This document shows, piece by piece, positions 1 to 12,142 of a stretch of 64,000 nt of DNA. The translations under genes were made by a program, and so were the position numbers. Numbering within the stretch: the first letter of the stretch is position 1; each line of letters opens with the position of its first letter. The notes below the pieces were generated by a model. The model saw nothing but the letters and a program-made list of their open reading frames with translations. It was not told where the DNA came from and ran no database searches. The stretch is from Macrostomum lignano (lineage: Eukaryota): assembly GCA_002269645.1 (NCBI GenBank), contig NIVC01003935.1:4886-68885 (forward strand). The letters run 5' to 3'.

Positions 1-1660
1 TATCAAACATTTCAGGGTGTCACTCAACCGTTGGCCACACAAAGCTAGGACCTAGGTGCAGATGGTGTGTCTTCCTGGCCTGGGCTATGGTCGGCCATGT
101 TTGTTCTTATCGACTCAATCTGCTCGATCCGTGAATGCTGCACAGATAATGGTGAATCTCGATCCATGCTTCTTTTTATGTGGGATCACCAGACGATAAA
201 GAGCATCAGATGCCATATTCTTGCTCGTCGGTACTCGAAACTCGAAATCTCGAAATCATATGCGGTCAGGAAAATGGCCATCCTCTGAAGTTCAGTCGAA
301 GCTCGCGCTGGAAGAACTCCCGGCTAGTAAGATGAGTGGCCTGTGATCTGTGATCAGTTTAAACTTTCTTCAGCATAGAAACCTGTGGCATCTGCGAATT
401 TCGATACCAAGAGCCTCCCACTTGATATGTGAGTAATTTGTCTCCGCCCAAGATAGGACCTTGCTTATGAACAGAACAGGTTAACCATCCTGACTTAGAA
501 CACCTCCAAGAGCCTCTGTGAAGTGTCTGTTTGTATATAAAATATTTGGGCTGTGACTGGAGCCGAGTGTGCCCGAGAGTATTCTCCTACGAGCACATTA
601 TTAATTATGCAAATGAAAACTGAACCTGGTCGACTCACTTGCCGAGCTGCAGGCTTTGAAATAGAAAGCGATACAGCGTTAAACATAAGCAAATTTGTTC
701 CTACCAACAGTATCAACTTCCAGTTCAATGGGCAGCTTGGGGCCGTATTATCGCAGCATCGTATTCTTGAAAACTGTATCTTCTTGAATGGTTCCCACCT
801 GAACGATACATCTTTCTGTTCTAGCTCGAGCCAGGACTCCAGCTCCGCCAAATTCTTAGGTTGTGGCATGCTTTTGATGGCCTGGACCTTGTCCTCGTTG
901 GGGTAAATTTTTCCGTCATCCAACATGAACCATAGGAAGTTTACTCCCGTTTTGTTGTTCCGCTGATACTTCTGAAAATCGACCTTCAGATTTTCCTTTT
1001 CCAGCCTCTAAAGGACATTTTTCTCACCTATACTACTGAGCCTTGTACATCTCGAATGACCTGCCATATGTATCTTTGAAAAACTCGATTCGGGGCGGTC
1101 TTAATTCCGAAAATGATTCGATTGTATAGCTGAGAAACTATAGCTAGCTTAGAAAACGTGCAGCGCCTGCTGTCTATGCTTTGACTCTGCCGAACTAACA
1201 GCGAACCTGCGGCCTCAATGAGCAGTGAAACAAAAACCATACAGTGGCCTTTCCGATAAAAGCCGGTTAGCTTCGAGGAGATGCGAACACAAACTGGTCT
1301 CACTCCTGAGTTTAAACACGCTCTTAGGCCTGCATGTAGATACCAAATTCTTGGACTCATGCCTTCTAGGTGGTACGAGGTATTACCAGTTCCCTGCAAA
1401 GGCAGCTCGCAACGACTAAGACGGAGAGTAGTTCGCTTAACAACAGTAGAAGAATGAAAACCACCAAGCGCTTTGTTGTGTTACTTGCTGTAACACAATG
1501 AACGAACACAATGTTCTTATTGTTGTGTTAGATATTATGTGCCGTGAGCAACTAGCTCCGGTCTTGGTCCGTTGCGATTGCCTTTGCCGTTGCGAGCCGC
1601 CAAGCCTAGAGAATTGGGACGCGTGACCTGAACCTCGCGAATACTCTATGGTATACACAT
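1..1660 (-). mobile_element. Degenerate Ty3/Gypsy LTR-retrotransposon pol remnant (RT, RNase H, start of integrase)
   Basis: Minus-strand fragments with frameshifts: 'IIFGIKTAPNRVFQRYI' (RT PFGLxxAPxxFQR region, 1028-1399); 'GKIYPNEDKVQAIKSMPQPKNLAEL' (495-926); 'ITDHRPL' and 'LQRMAIFLTAYDFEI' (RNase H end, ~230-370). Confidence 0.75.
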
Positions 1661-3265
1661 ACAAATCACATACAAATATGTGTTACATTAATACACATGG
1701 TTATACGATTCCCACATGGTTACATTACGCACAAGGTTAGATTTTATGTTTTGGCAGTCTAGACCAAAGGGTGCTTTTCGTGCTGACTGCACTTTCTGTA
1801 TTCTATATTCTTTATTTTTCTTCCTTCGGCAGCTCTGCAACTTCTAAATGATTTTATCTACCCGGGAACAGGTGTTAATGAAAATCCAATTAGCTTTGAT
1901 TTTGCTTTTCAAGATCGCGCGTTTCAACCAATTACCAATCACACAACAAATGGCAGAGAGATTCACAACTTACTAATTGGAATGCTTTTTTGCACATGTA
2001 ATTAAGTCTTTTTGGCGAAATATATAAAAATCCTCACGGATAAGATCGAGTTTTGGTTCAGATTAAAACTGGATCATTGAATTTTAACCCATACGTTTTT
2101 TCTAACAAGTGTGCACTATTCGAAATTAGTTAATTAAAAAAGACGAACGAAAAAGTACTGAATGGTATATTTGAATTCTAAGTGTTAAACAACACGCTAT
2201 CCAATAAAACTTTTTATATCTAACGTTAAAAATGTGTTTGATCGTTATGTCAACAAAAACCGGGTGCACAACACTAAATATACTTACTTAGTAGTGTTAT
2301 CGAGAGTTGCCAGATAAAATAGCTGAATTATTTTTCATGAAACTTAGTGAAACCGAAAAAAATTGAATTGCAATAAATAATAAAATATGAGAATAATATT
2401 ATAGCTAAACAACACTAGCTATCTGGTAAAATATTAAATTTTTAATGTATAGCTTTGTTATAAAATTAATATGATCAGTAAAATAACATTCATACGCTTG
2501 ATTTACAATATATATGAAATTAAATTACCGTAGGGCTTGAAAGGGCTGCTAGTAGCTAATATCGCGAATGCATCTAAATTTTTCAAAAATTAAGCTAGCT
2601 TCTGTCTCTAGTCTCTATGTAACATTAAAAGTTTAACAACATACAAGCAAATAACCATATATACGAGGATGCATACTTTTGTGATAACTGTGTTCTTTTA
2701 TAACGTAAAATTTTAATCATGACTTTGAAAGCATCCAATATCAAAGCTTTATAGAGGAGATTTAGTGAATAACTTGTTCGATGATAAGACTTAAGCAACT
2801 GAGATATATTCAACATATGGTAAATACGTGTGCGTGTGCATTTGCTAAAGTGCAGTTACTTATCGATCAATCGGCGTAGTAAAACAATGCAAAGTCAGCA
2901 TTGCAAAATATGACGGCAAAATTGCAATCTCTAATCGAGTGTCGAATCCTATATAAATTTAGCGACAAATCATAGACTGCATTGAAGTAAAAACTTTCCA
3001 AGGATGAAAACTAAAAGCACCGACCGCAGATGACTAATAATCAATAAAACTTAAACCATGAAACTTCGGAAACAACAAGATTAATAAAAAACTGTCTTTT
3101 ACGTGACCCAACCCAACAAAAACATTTCACATATCAAGTTTCCAATCATTTTCGCTCACTTTTTTACCTATTCTCATATAAAACTTCTCCCACTGCTTTG
3201 CTTTGCTCCATATTGCAACTTCAGCGACTTCTTGATCCATGCTCACTGCTCAGTCGCCGTTGTTT

Positions 3266-4574
3266 TCACACCTGTCCCGTTCCGACCATCGGTTTCGTCG
3301 CATTCATGCGAGCCGAGGTGGCTTCCACCTCCATCCTGCTACTCAGATTGGTGGTCCCAACGCTGGCCTCCGGACTGCACCGGCTGCCGAAGATCAGGCG
3401 CAGCAGCCGCATGCAGACTGCGCGATAGCCAACGCGGAATTCCTTGTTGCTGAGTCCGTAGACGATGAAGTTGACGCTTGAGTTTGTGTGGGCAAATAAG
3501 ATCGCATAAGCGTGCATGTGGATCGGAAAGCTGTCGTCCCAGTCGAGGCAGACAAAAGTCGCGTACGGAGCCCAGCAGAAGGCGAACACGGCGAACACAA
3601 TGAACAGAGTGCGGGCCAGGCGGATCGAGGCCGCGCTGCCGCCGGGTCGGACGCTGTTCGGAGATCCTCTCTGCGCATCTCTGGCATTTCCCAGCTGCAG
3701 ATGGCGCACCCGAGCCATCGCCTGCCTGACGTGCACGAAGATGCGAAAGTAGCAGATGAGGATCACAATGCTGGGCGCAACTACAGCGCAGCAGGAGAAG
3801 AAGATCGTGTAGGACCTGTCAGCCATGCGGTTCCACACGCAGGCAAAGTTCTTCCTGTCGTAGGCGAAGTCGCCCCAGCCCACAAAGTTGGGAAACTGCA
3901 GCAGCCAGCTCACAATCCACAGGCCGACGCAGAGCGCTACGCAGCTGCGCCGGTTGAAGAATCTGTTGTAGCTGGCGTTGTTGCAGATGAAGATGCAGCG
4001 GTTGACGGCTACAGAAGCGATGCTGAGCAGCGAACAGTAGCAGGCGGTGAGGCAGGTCGAGGCCACGAACTCGCACAGGGCGGGTCGCTGCTCGAAGTAG
4101 ATCTCGCCGTGCATTACACCTGGAATTCCGTTTTTTGAATATTATATATGATTCGCCTCGAGGCTTCTGAAGGCAGGCAGCGCAGTGACTTACCAGTGAT
4201 TCCAAGCGGGTCCACGATTGTCGTGACGCACAGATCGGCGAGGGCCAAATTCACGACGAACAAGTTGCCTGCATGGCGCAGGGTCTGCAACATTGTGACG
4301 GTTCCGATGTGCAACTGCCTGTGTCAGCAATTTTTTATAACAAAAATACAAAAAATACTGGAAATTTTCCAACCCTTTGCAGAAAGACAGCGCCAATAAC
4401 CATGACGTTCCCCAGTGTTCCAACCACGGAGCCAAACGACAGAAGAAACAAGCCGGGATAGGTCACCTCTGGAGTTGACGTTTCGCTTTGATTGAATAGT
4501 TTTCAAGATAATTTTTCCTGGTATTCTGTTCTTAACCTCAACTTACCCGGTAAAATATGCAGTAAACTCTGCAT
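3266..4574 (-). CDS. Class A GPCR, melatonin-receptor-like; exons 4574-4547 (tentative), 4468-4374, 4284-4194, 4119-3266
   Basis: The spliced product reads ...GSVVGTLGNVMVIGAVFLQR|TLRHAGNLFVVNLALADL...LGITG|VMHGE..., with TM3 'AVNRC', TM6 'FAFCWAPY' and TM7 'AHTNSSVNFIVYGLSNKEFRVGY' (melatonin receptors have NRY and NAxxY). GT-AG introns of 78, 89 and 74 nt keep the frame. The first micro-exon (MQSLLHILP) is the least certain. Confidence 0.85.
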
Positions 4575-5275
4575 TGTGTAATTGAACGCTGGCGCAAGTC
4601 CTGCAATATCCATTTTACTTTTTGACCGAATATTCTAATCCAGTAAATGAAGATCAGCAACTCTAACGGTTTGTGTTCTCTCCGGCTAAAATATTCTGCT
4701 GGGGAGTATTTTCGTGATTCTTACTGGCTCCCAGACTCAGTGCCAGTCGATTCGCCCTGAGCGAATGGAGCCGATGTTTTCAGTGTCAAAATGAAATGTG
4801 ATTAAAGGGGATGTGAAATTAAGAGTCAAAATGGCAGCCTTAAGTTCACATTAAGTTCCCATTTCTCATATTTCTCCCCATAGAGATCCCCAAAGTGGTC
4901 GAGTTTTCGACATAATGCGAGCTATTTGGCTTCAAATGAAGGGATTGGCGTAGAGAAATCGGGACCTGATGCTTCAGTCTCCATTCTGGAGCCTTAAGTT
5001 CACATGAAATCCCCATTTATCCCATTTCTCCCCATAGACTTTCGAACTTTGGTTCTCTGGAGACTTTTATTCTGTTTTTCATATCCGAAAACCTGATCTC
5101 CTTAGGTAAACTGACCTCATTGAGATGTGCATGGTCATTACTGGTTAAGGCTTCTTCCAGAGGCATATTTCACTACAAAGTCCTTATCTTCCCCTTTTGT
5201 GGCTTTTAGAGGAGGTAACTGCGGCACACCTCGTCACCTTCTGCTCGCACTTCAACGAAGCACGGAGACGTCACG

Positions 5276-5412
5276 TTAGTACACTTCACTGTGCTTTGGG
5301 GGTTGGCCCCCTGGGGCGTTAATTGCACGAGCAGAGCCAAGCCAAGATTCCTTGGAATCGAGCCTGGGCCGCTGGCAAATCAGAGCGCCGCTTGACCACG
5401 AGGCGACGGCCC
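5276..5412 (-). mobile_element. tRNA-derived SINE, partial copy (head and part of body)
   Basis: The reverse complement starts GGGCCGTCGCCTCGTGGTCAAGCG...CCCAGGCTCGATTCCAAG (Pol III A/B boxes) and shares GGCTCTGCTCGTGCAATTA...CCAACCCCCCAA...CAGTGAAGTGTAC with the copies at 24793 and 39008. Confidence 0.75.
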
Positions 5413-5704
5413 TGCGTCCTAACGTGTAATAAGTTGTTTAATTTGTCGCCACGAGTTTCAACGTCAGGCATTACTTAGAAAATCTGGTTATTTAGATTTC
5501 TTCATGAAAAAATAACTGCGAAATACTCACGCAGATAGTTCATGATTTGGGTGAAAAGATGTCATACTCCCTTAATTATATTGAATATGCTTCATATAAC
5601 TTAGTATAGTTGCAAGCTACACAATTTGACTGTAAATATGCACCAAAAGTGGTAACTTTATTTTTATAGTCAACAGCATGGTCATCAGCAGTGTTTCCTC
5701 TGAG

Positions 5705-5990
5705 GGCCAGAGCATCTCAGTAGTAAAAGTGTCCAACTCTTGCGACTTCATTCCTTGTTCGATTCGGTGCGCCGCCGCATTTAATTAGGGCTGCACAGCC
5801 CCATGAGTGCACATGCCTGGCGATTAGAAAATCAAGGCCGATGTACACCCTGTAAGCGTGTGTGCGAGTACGTGGATATTGGCGCCGCTTGTATGTCAGT
5901 CAGCACTGCTTGTAGGACGATGGTCACCGAAGTTGTTACGTCAGGGTGCCCACAGCCCGCAGCAGTATTTGCTAAGCGCGTATTATGCAT
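5705..5990 (+). mobile_element. Diverged relative of the same SINE family
   Basis: B-box-like TGTTCGATTCGG followed by TTAATTAGGGCTG, GTGCACATGCCTGGCGAT, GGCCGATGTACACCCTGT and CGCTTGTATGTCAGTCAG, colinear with the 24793 copy. Confidence 0.45.
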
Positions 5991-7319
5991 GAATATGGAA
6001 TAAGCCTGTTTTTGCTCAACATTACCAAGGTAGTTCGTCCGCTTTTGAACTGTTAACTTCGGGTGCTTCGGTTTGATTTCGGTTTGAAAAAGTATCAATG
6101 CTCATTACGATGAGCGTGACAAACGAGATGGTTTCATCAAAAGTATCTATTTGTGCTAGTTAGAAGCATCACTGCCTGTTGAAGCTCAAACCTTTCCGCG
6201 CCTGTGTCAATTTCGGCTCACCGTGTTTTCCGCTTCGCGTCTGGCTTCTGATTCGTGATCTGCACTGACCTGGAAGCAGCTAGTAGCAAGACTTCCTTTG
6301 AGGCCCCAATTAGGCTATGTTGACATGAACTCTTAATTAGAAAACTAGGTTAGTGCAAGCAGCTCAAATCAAGATCCGATGCTTTGAATCCTCAGTTTTT
6401 CATCGAGTGTTTTTCTTAAATTTTTCAAAGATTTTTTTAGATAATAAAACAAGTCATTTGTCATCAGATTCCTGTAAGCACTCAGCTTTTACAGGAATTA
6501 TTGAATTGCATGATTTGTGACCCATAATACCCCATAGCTATTCGATCTTTTGCAGACAAAGTATTGTTAATGGGATTAGAAATTACCGTAAGAACAAGGT
6601 GGCTTAGCTGAAATTCCGAGATCAAGTTTGTCCAAGACATTTCTTAAGTTTTTAGACTCGTCGAAAATTATTTAAAAATCTAAGTAACACTGTTAGCTAC
6701 TATGATCAGTAGTGCAAAATTGAATCATTCCTTTTTGTAGTCAAACGCTGACCACTAAAATCTATTGAGTGCTTTTAAAATCAGAAATTAATCCAGGTTT
6801 TCACAATTTAATGAAGCTAGCTAGTTTAAGCTAGTTTAATGAAGCCTTGTATTAATTAATTAGTGAAAACTTTATCATCCTAAAATTTTGGAATAAAAAT
6901 CTGTGTATGCATCGAAATTTCTAGCATAACAACTTTCTTCTAAATACTTGTATATAAATGCCTGCATTACACTGTCTCAGCTCTGTAAATGCCCCTCAAG
7001 TCTCACCGCCCCGTGCAATTGTAAGCGTACAATGAAAGGAAGAAATACAAGCCGTCTTTCGTCTCAGAACAACCTCAGGCGCTGTTGAAACCAATTTGAA
7101 ATCAAAAAGACGTTGCTTACCCTTGGGATTGCTCGTTGTCAAGCAATGTATACAGACAGCAATTCAACTAATTCCATTTATTTTTTCCAAAATCATGACA
7201 TGATATTCGAAAATTTCTAACAGTACGCTCGACCGTGTTTAAAAAATGTTCCAAATACCAAACTCTATACGTTCTAACATACGGCTCTCGCACCGTTCCA
7301 GCTGAACTTCCCACTGTAG

Positions 7320-7940
7320 ATTGCTTGTCTTCTCCCTCATCGCTGTGGTGTACGCTGTCATTGCCATCTTTACTGCCATCATTATCACCCACCATTGTCA
7401 TTGGCAGCTTCGGCTTTGTCGCATTCTACTACTGCTGGAACTTCTTCGTCAGCCGCGAGTCACGGCGATCTCGTTGAGGTAAATTCACAAAATCTATTAA
7501 CAGCGAGACTATATTTTCCAAATTAAATACTGAGATGTTTCACCCTAATTCGTGGTACGCAACTGTCTCGAAAACGTAACTTGACTGTTGGTCATGCAGC
7601 AATGTACATGAGTTTGCATCCGGAAGCAAAGGGCATCGCACAATTCTCTTCTTCAAAATATTTTCTGCATCATCCGACGGTTTTAACGACAGATCAGTCA
7701 GCTCTTCTTCGGTGCCCTGCGGTCCGTGGCTGCAAGCGGCCTGGCCCAGTCTGACTCGACGTTCCACAACTGCGAAGACGACAACTGCAAGGCTGCCATG
7801 GCAGCAGCCTGCGCCCCCACCGGTGCCAGTGTTGCATGCCAGGCACCACAGCAGCAGCTGGTGCCACAGCAGCTGCTCCAAGAAAAGCTGGACTCTTGGC
7901 AGGGTGCAAGCAATGCCTCGCTGGAAGCTGCTGAGTACGT
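7320..7940 (+). pseudogene. Coding-like GC-rich segments: a hydrophobic exon-like block (7320-7478, frameshifted) and a second block (7692-7936); product unknown
   Basis: 'LLVFSLIAVVYAVIAIFTAIII' and 'TIVIGSFGFVAFYYCWNFF' lie in adjacent frames and end at a GTAAAT donor. The second block reads 'QLFFGALRSVAASGL...' and ends at GTACGT. I could not build a consistent gene model. Confidence 0.25.
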
Positions 7941-8145
7941 TTGGCGGGTATGTGCTAAAGTGAATTAGCCGAGTCCTTCACTGTCAGCTGTGCAGCTCTT
8001 TGCTTACAGCATCCATACCTGCGGGGGGCTCACATCCGGATCCAGCACAAGACCTGCTCGCATGCAAATCACGGGTTAACTGCTCCGCGCCGGTGGCGCT
8101 TGTTGCATTCATGAAGATGGAGGGAAGATATCACTGAAATTAGTT

Positions 8146-8257
8146 GAGGGGGCGGATTCTGGAGCGTAAAAAGACCTGGGGGGCGGAGGGGATAGCTCTG
8201 TACTTGGCAAAAATTTGCTTGGTTCCCCCAATGACTTTTTTCAGGTATCCGCCACTG
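8146..8257. mobile_element. Possible tiny hAT-type MITE relic
   Basis: Imperfect terminal inverted motifs GAGGGGGCGGATT ... GTATCCGCCACTG; no TSD identified. Confidence 0.3.
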
Positions 8258-8469
8258 AACTCAAGAACGTAATTTTGTTTTATTCTGCGGTAAAAATAAT
8301 TTCACTGTGTTATAAATAGTTTCCTGTTTTAAGCTCGTATGTTTTTTTTAACCTGCAATGCACAAAAATATTGCTGGAATGTTGGCTAAATAATAAATAT
8401 GATCATCACTAAGTAATCCAGTAAGCATTAAATGTTTGACTTACGATTGTTTAGACAACGTCAATATCG

Positions 8470-10520
8470 TTTACGTTCAAGATAACATTGGACAATGGAC
8501 TCCGATTTCTGTCCATTGACCGCCCTTATTTTACGCGTACCTAGAGGTACTCCATTGTATCTGTGATTCGCGTAACTCGGACGCAGTGATTCGTGTACTG
8601 TTTGGACAGGTTGCGCATACTACAAATGGGCTTCATGAAAGCAGCCAACCAATTGACACCACGCACTTGCGTAGCAGGCCGGGAGGAAGACGCCATCCTT
8701 CATTGTTGCTTAATGGACGTGGGAAGAATGACGGAGAATTCTGCGGCAACAAACTTGATACTTCAGAATCAATTCCCACTGACAACCGTAGATCCGGCTC
8801 TCTGCTTGCTCTGGTTTCCCTTGCATTTTGTTGGATCAATACTCTGTTTTTTATCGTAAGTGGTGGCAATGCAAGATCTGGATTGCCATCAACGTCGACA
8901 CAGTCTTAACATGTGCCAACTTGCTTTAGACTCGACAGGTGCTTCTGTCCTCTCTCACACAGAACAGCAACGTTAATAGTATCTCGTCTTGCAACCTCTC
9001 AGCGATGGAACGGTTGAAGTATTCGCGCATTTTCAATAAACTTCCTTTATTGGCTCGCGCTGCTTCACAGAACCCTTTCACAAAAGAAATGACGCACCTT
9101 GACGCGCAGAATTCGATTGGCGTCGCTAAACTTGTTGCCAGAGATAATATTGGTTCGACGCTTCAGAACGAGAGTCAAATACCTCTGCACCCCAGCACGG
9201 ACCATTTGATAGAAAGCATTTTGATGTTCGTTTTTTTCCTGCTTCTCTTTACTACGAGCGTATTTCTTTCCTTTGTTGGACTTTGCAACAAGGACTACTC
9301 AAAAACTCAGGACGCAGAAATTAAACTTGGTAGGAGTTTTTTTCAGGCCCGCTTGAACGCATTCTTTATAGTAAACATTATGGACTAGATAGCGATTTTA
9401 TATGTGAATTGCAACGCTTGAAGTCGTATTGCTTGTAAGAGAGTGCTTGTGTATATTTATAGATCGCTTCACAAATAAAATCGCCATGAAGTTTAAGTTC
9501 TGCGTCGTGAGTACTCCTTGCTTTGCAACTGATTTTCTTTCTAGCATACTATTCACTGATGTTTAGTCTATGCTACGAGTATAACTAAAACGCCTCGTAA
9601 CCCATTGACTAACGATTTGGCAGTGCATTAGTAAATGTCTTTACCATAGACAATGTGCCGCAACGTCCAATTTGCGTGAAGTAACGTCCCGTTGCTGCAC
9701 GCTTCTATTTTTAGAATACTTCTTATTATTTAAGTTGAACTGGAACTTGATACAGTAATCTAACGTCAAAACCACAGGACTTTAAAACATAAAACTGCAA
9801 TACTACTAAAACAAATGTTGGTAAAACTTAGCAGTTTTTTTCAGTTTGGGTAGCATTGACGATGCCAGGTTGCATCCTAGGGCTTAAAATTGAACACGCA
9901 TTTCGCAAAAGTTCCATTGAAGTTAAGCGAAAACGCTGAACGGTTCCCCTCCATATTGGTGGAATCCATGTCGATCACCTGATTTATAAGGTACTGACTG
10001 GACGAAACAGGTCCGAGCTTGGTGATCCAGGCACGACCACTTTTGGGTCCGGCTCTTGGGCAACGTCAGCAAAGGTAGCAGTCATGGAACTAGAATTAGC
10101 AATGGTCAAAGAATTCTATTCAGGTTCATCGGTTTTGCTGGTGGATCCATACAGCGTGGCTGATAGTGCGTCCGACATGTTACCCATCTCCGTAACCTTG
10201 CGCTTTTCATGCGTCAGGTACCTAATTTTTAGGTTATAGCCAAGAAAGGCATAGGTAGCAGGTATTCAACGTCACAAGTGTCGATGTCGCAGTTATCAAT
10301 AAAAGAATACGCAGTCAAAAAATCCTTTAGTTTACGAACAGCAAAAATTTCCTGCTTCTCAGTAGATTTGATCTTCGTTGCATCGTACTGTTGAGCAACA
10401 ATGACCTCCAGTTCATTGATGGTTTCGTCAGATGTTGGCAGCAAAGCAAGCAGCTCATCCAATGTTGAACAGTCGGAGTCTTCAAACATCACTTGCTCGA
10501 CGAGAACATTCATGTCTTGC
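8470..10520 (-). pseudogene. Crypton-type (DUF3504-like) tyrosine recombinase, frameshifted
   Basis: Ordered minus-strand motifs: 'KIKSTEKQEIFAVRKLKDFL' (~10310-10380); 'MVRAGVQRYL..NIISGNKFSDANRIL' (~9110-9210); 'LQDEILLTLLFCVR/RGQKHLSSLK' (~8930-9000, catalytic R); 'LLPQNSPSFFPRP'; 'GVNWLAAFMKPICSMRNLSKQYTNHCVR' (HxxR, ~8581-8660); 'AVNGQKSESIVQCY' (catalytic Tyr codon at 8482-8484). Confidence 0.7.
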
Positions 10521-10536
10521 AATTCGACCCGGCAAG

Positions 10537-10733
<197 letters not shown>

Positions 10734-10883
10734 CACAGCTCGCGTCGAATACCAGCAGGAACTCCAGCGGCGAGGCTGCCGGCCTCCAGCGCTGCTTCTG
10801 GCGCCGCTGGAAGGCATCCTAGCGGCTGCTTCCGGTGCCGCAACTGCATGCTGCTTCCGCAACCGGCGACTCCATCTGCCGTC

Positions 10884-11048
10884 ATGTCTGATCTCCCCCA
10901 GTTCACAGTAGGCTAACTGTGCCCGGCTCTGAGAGGAAACAACGGCCTACCGGTTTCGGGAAACAAACCAGAGCTCACTGAGCGGGTTCAAGCCGTGCTC
11001 CACCGCAGTCAGATGACGCAGGAGACGCGGCAGAAGATGCAGCGATAA
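10884..11048 (+). pseudogene. SAP-domain ORF with a premature stop
   Basis: MSDLPQFTVG*LCPALRGNNGLPVSGNKPELTERVQAVL matches the SAP pattern (TVxxLxxxLxxxGLxxSGxKxxLxxR). TAA at 10914-10916 is probably a CAA>TAA change. Confidence 0.6.
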
Positions 11049-11818
11049 ATCAGCTGCTGACCGAGGAATAATCCACGTATATTGACGCTGCCAACATCTT
11101 TAAGGAGAGCCGATTTGCTGGCGACATTCAGCAAGCTCGGTCGCAGATCGAGACAGCTGCATTAGCTAGCCATCCGTGTTCACAAGATGGTGAAATCAGT
11201 GCCTTCTCTTGTGGTGCATATCCAAATTCAGTGTAATTTTCTGCAAACAAGAGCACATATCAGACAGATATTTGTCCTTGGGTTATGTTTCTCAAACCCC
11301 GCCTAAACCGAATGAGCTTCTTGATCGCAGGGGTTCTACTTGTGAATGAATTCTTCGAACCGGTGCCTGACTTCTCATTCATTGCTCAATTCAGGCTCTG
11401 TGGGTGCGAGCAAGGAAACAATTGTTAAAGGTGTTATAATAGTTTATCTTAAATAGCCACCTCTATTTACGGTAAGTGAATCCCAGTTTTCCTTCTAGAG
11501 TTTTCTATAACAGACTTCTTAATTATATGTCTATGGTCTCCAAATCCAAACCTGTACAACTAAGTTTTGTTTGAGCTGCGCCAGAGCTAAATTCAGTGTT
11601 AATCTTCTCTTGCTATCTTTTTCAAGACTCTCAATAAACGCCGACTTATTAAAATTCAATAAGAATTCCTTAACAACAATGTTCCCCCATATTACCCTCA
11701 GTAGTTTAGTACCATCGCTATTCACAGGCACAAAAGGCTCCCTCACTGGTTGGTCCCGCGGACTCCCGATTGAAGTCCTAAGCAGTGGCTCGACCGTTGG
11801 CTATGGCCTATTTGACTG

Positions 11819-12142
11819 CCTGCTCAAATACTCCTGGTTACTAGTGTGCCTCGCTAGATTGGCAAATGACTTCATTCCTGCTCAAATACTCCTGGTCACT
11901 AGAGTGCCTCGCTAGAGTGGCAAATGACATCATTCCTGCTCAAATACTCCTGGTCACTAGAGTGCCTCGCTAGAGTGGCAAATGGCATAAAGCCTGCTCA
12001 AATACTCCTGGTCACTAGAGTGCCTCGCTAGAGTGGCAAATGACATCATTCCTGCTCAAATACTCCTGGTCACTAGAGTGCCTCGCTAGAGTGGCAAATG
12101 GCATCATTCCTGCTCAAATACTCCCGGTCACTAGAGTGCCTC
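11819..12142 (+). repeat. 58-bp minisatellite, ~5.5 copies
   Basis: Unit CCTGCTCAAATACTCCTGGTCACTAGAGTGCCTCGCTAGAGTGGCAAATGACATCATT; it abuts the Gypsy LTR end. Confidence 0.95.
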
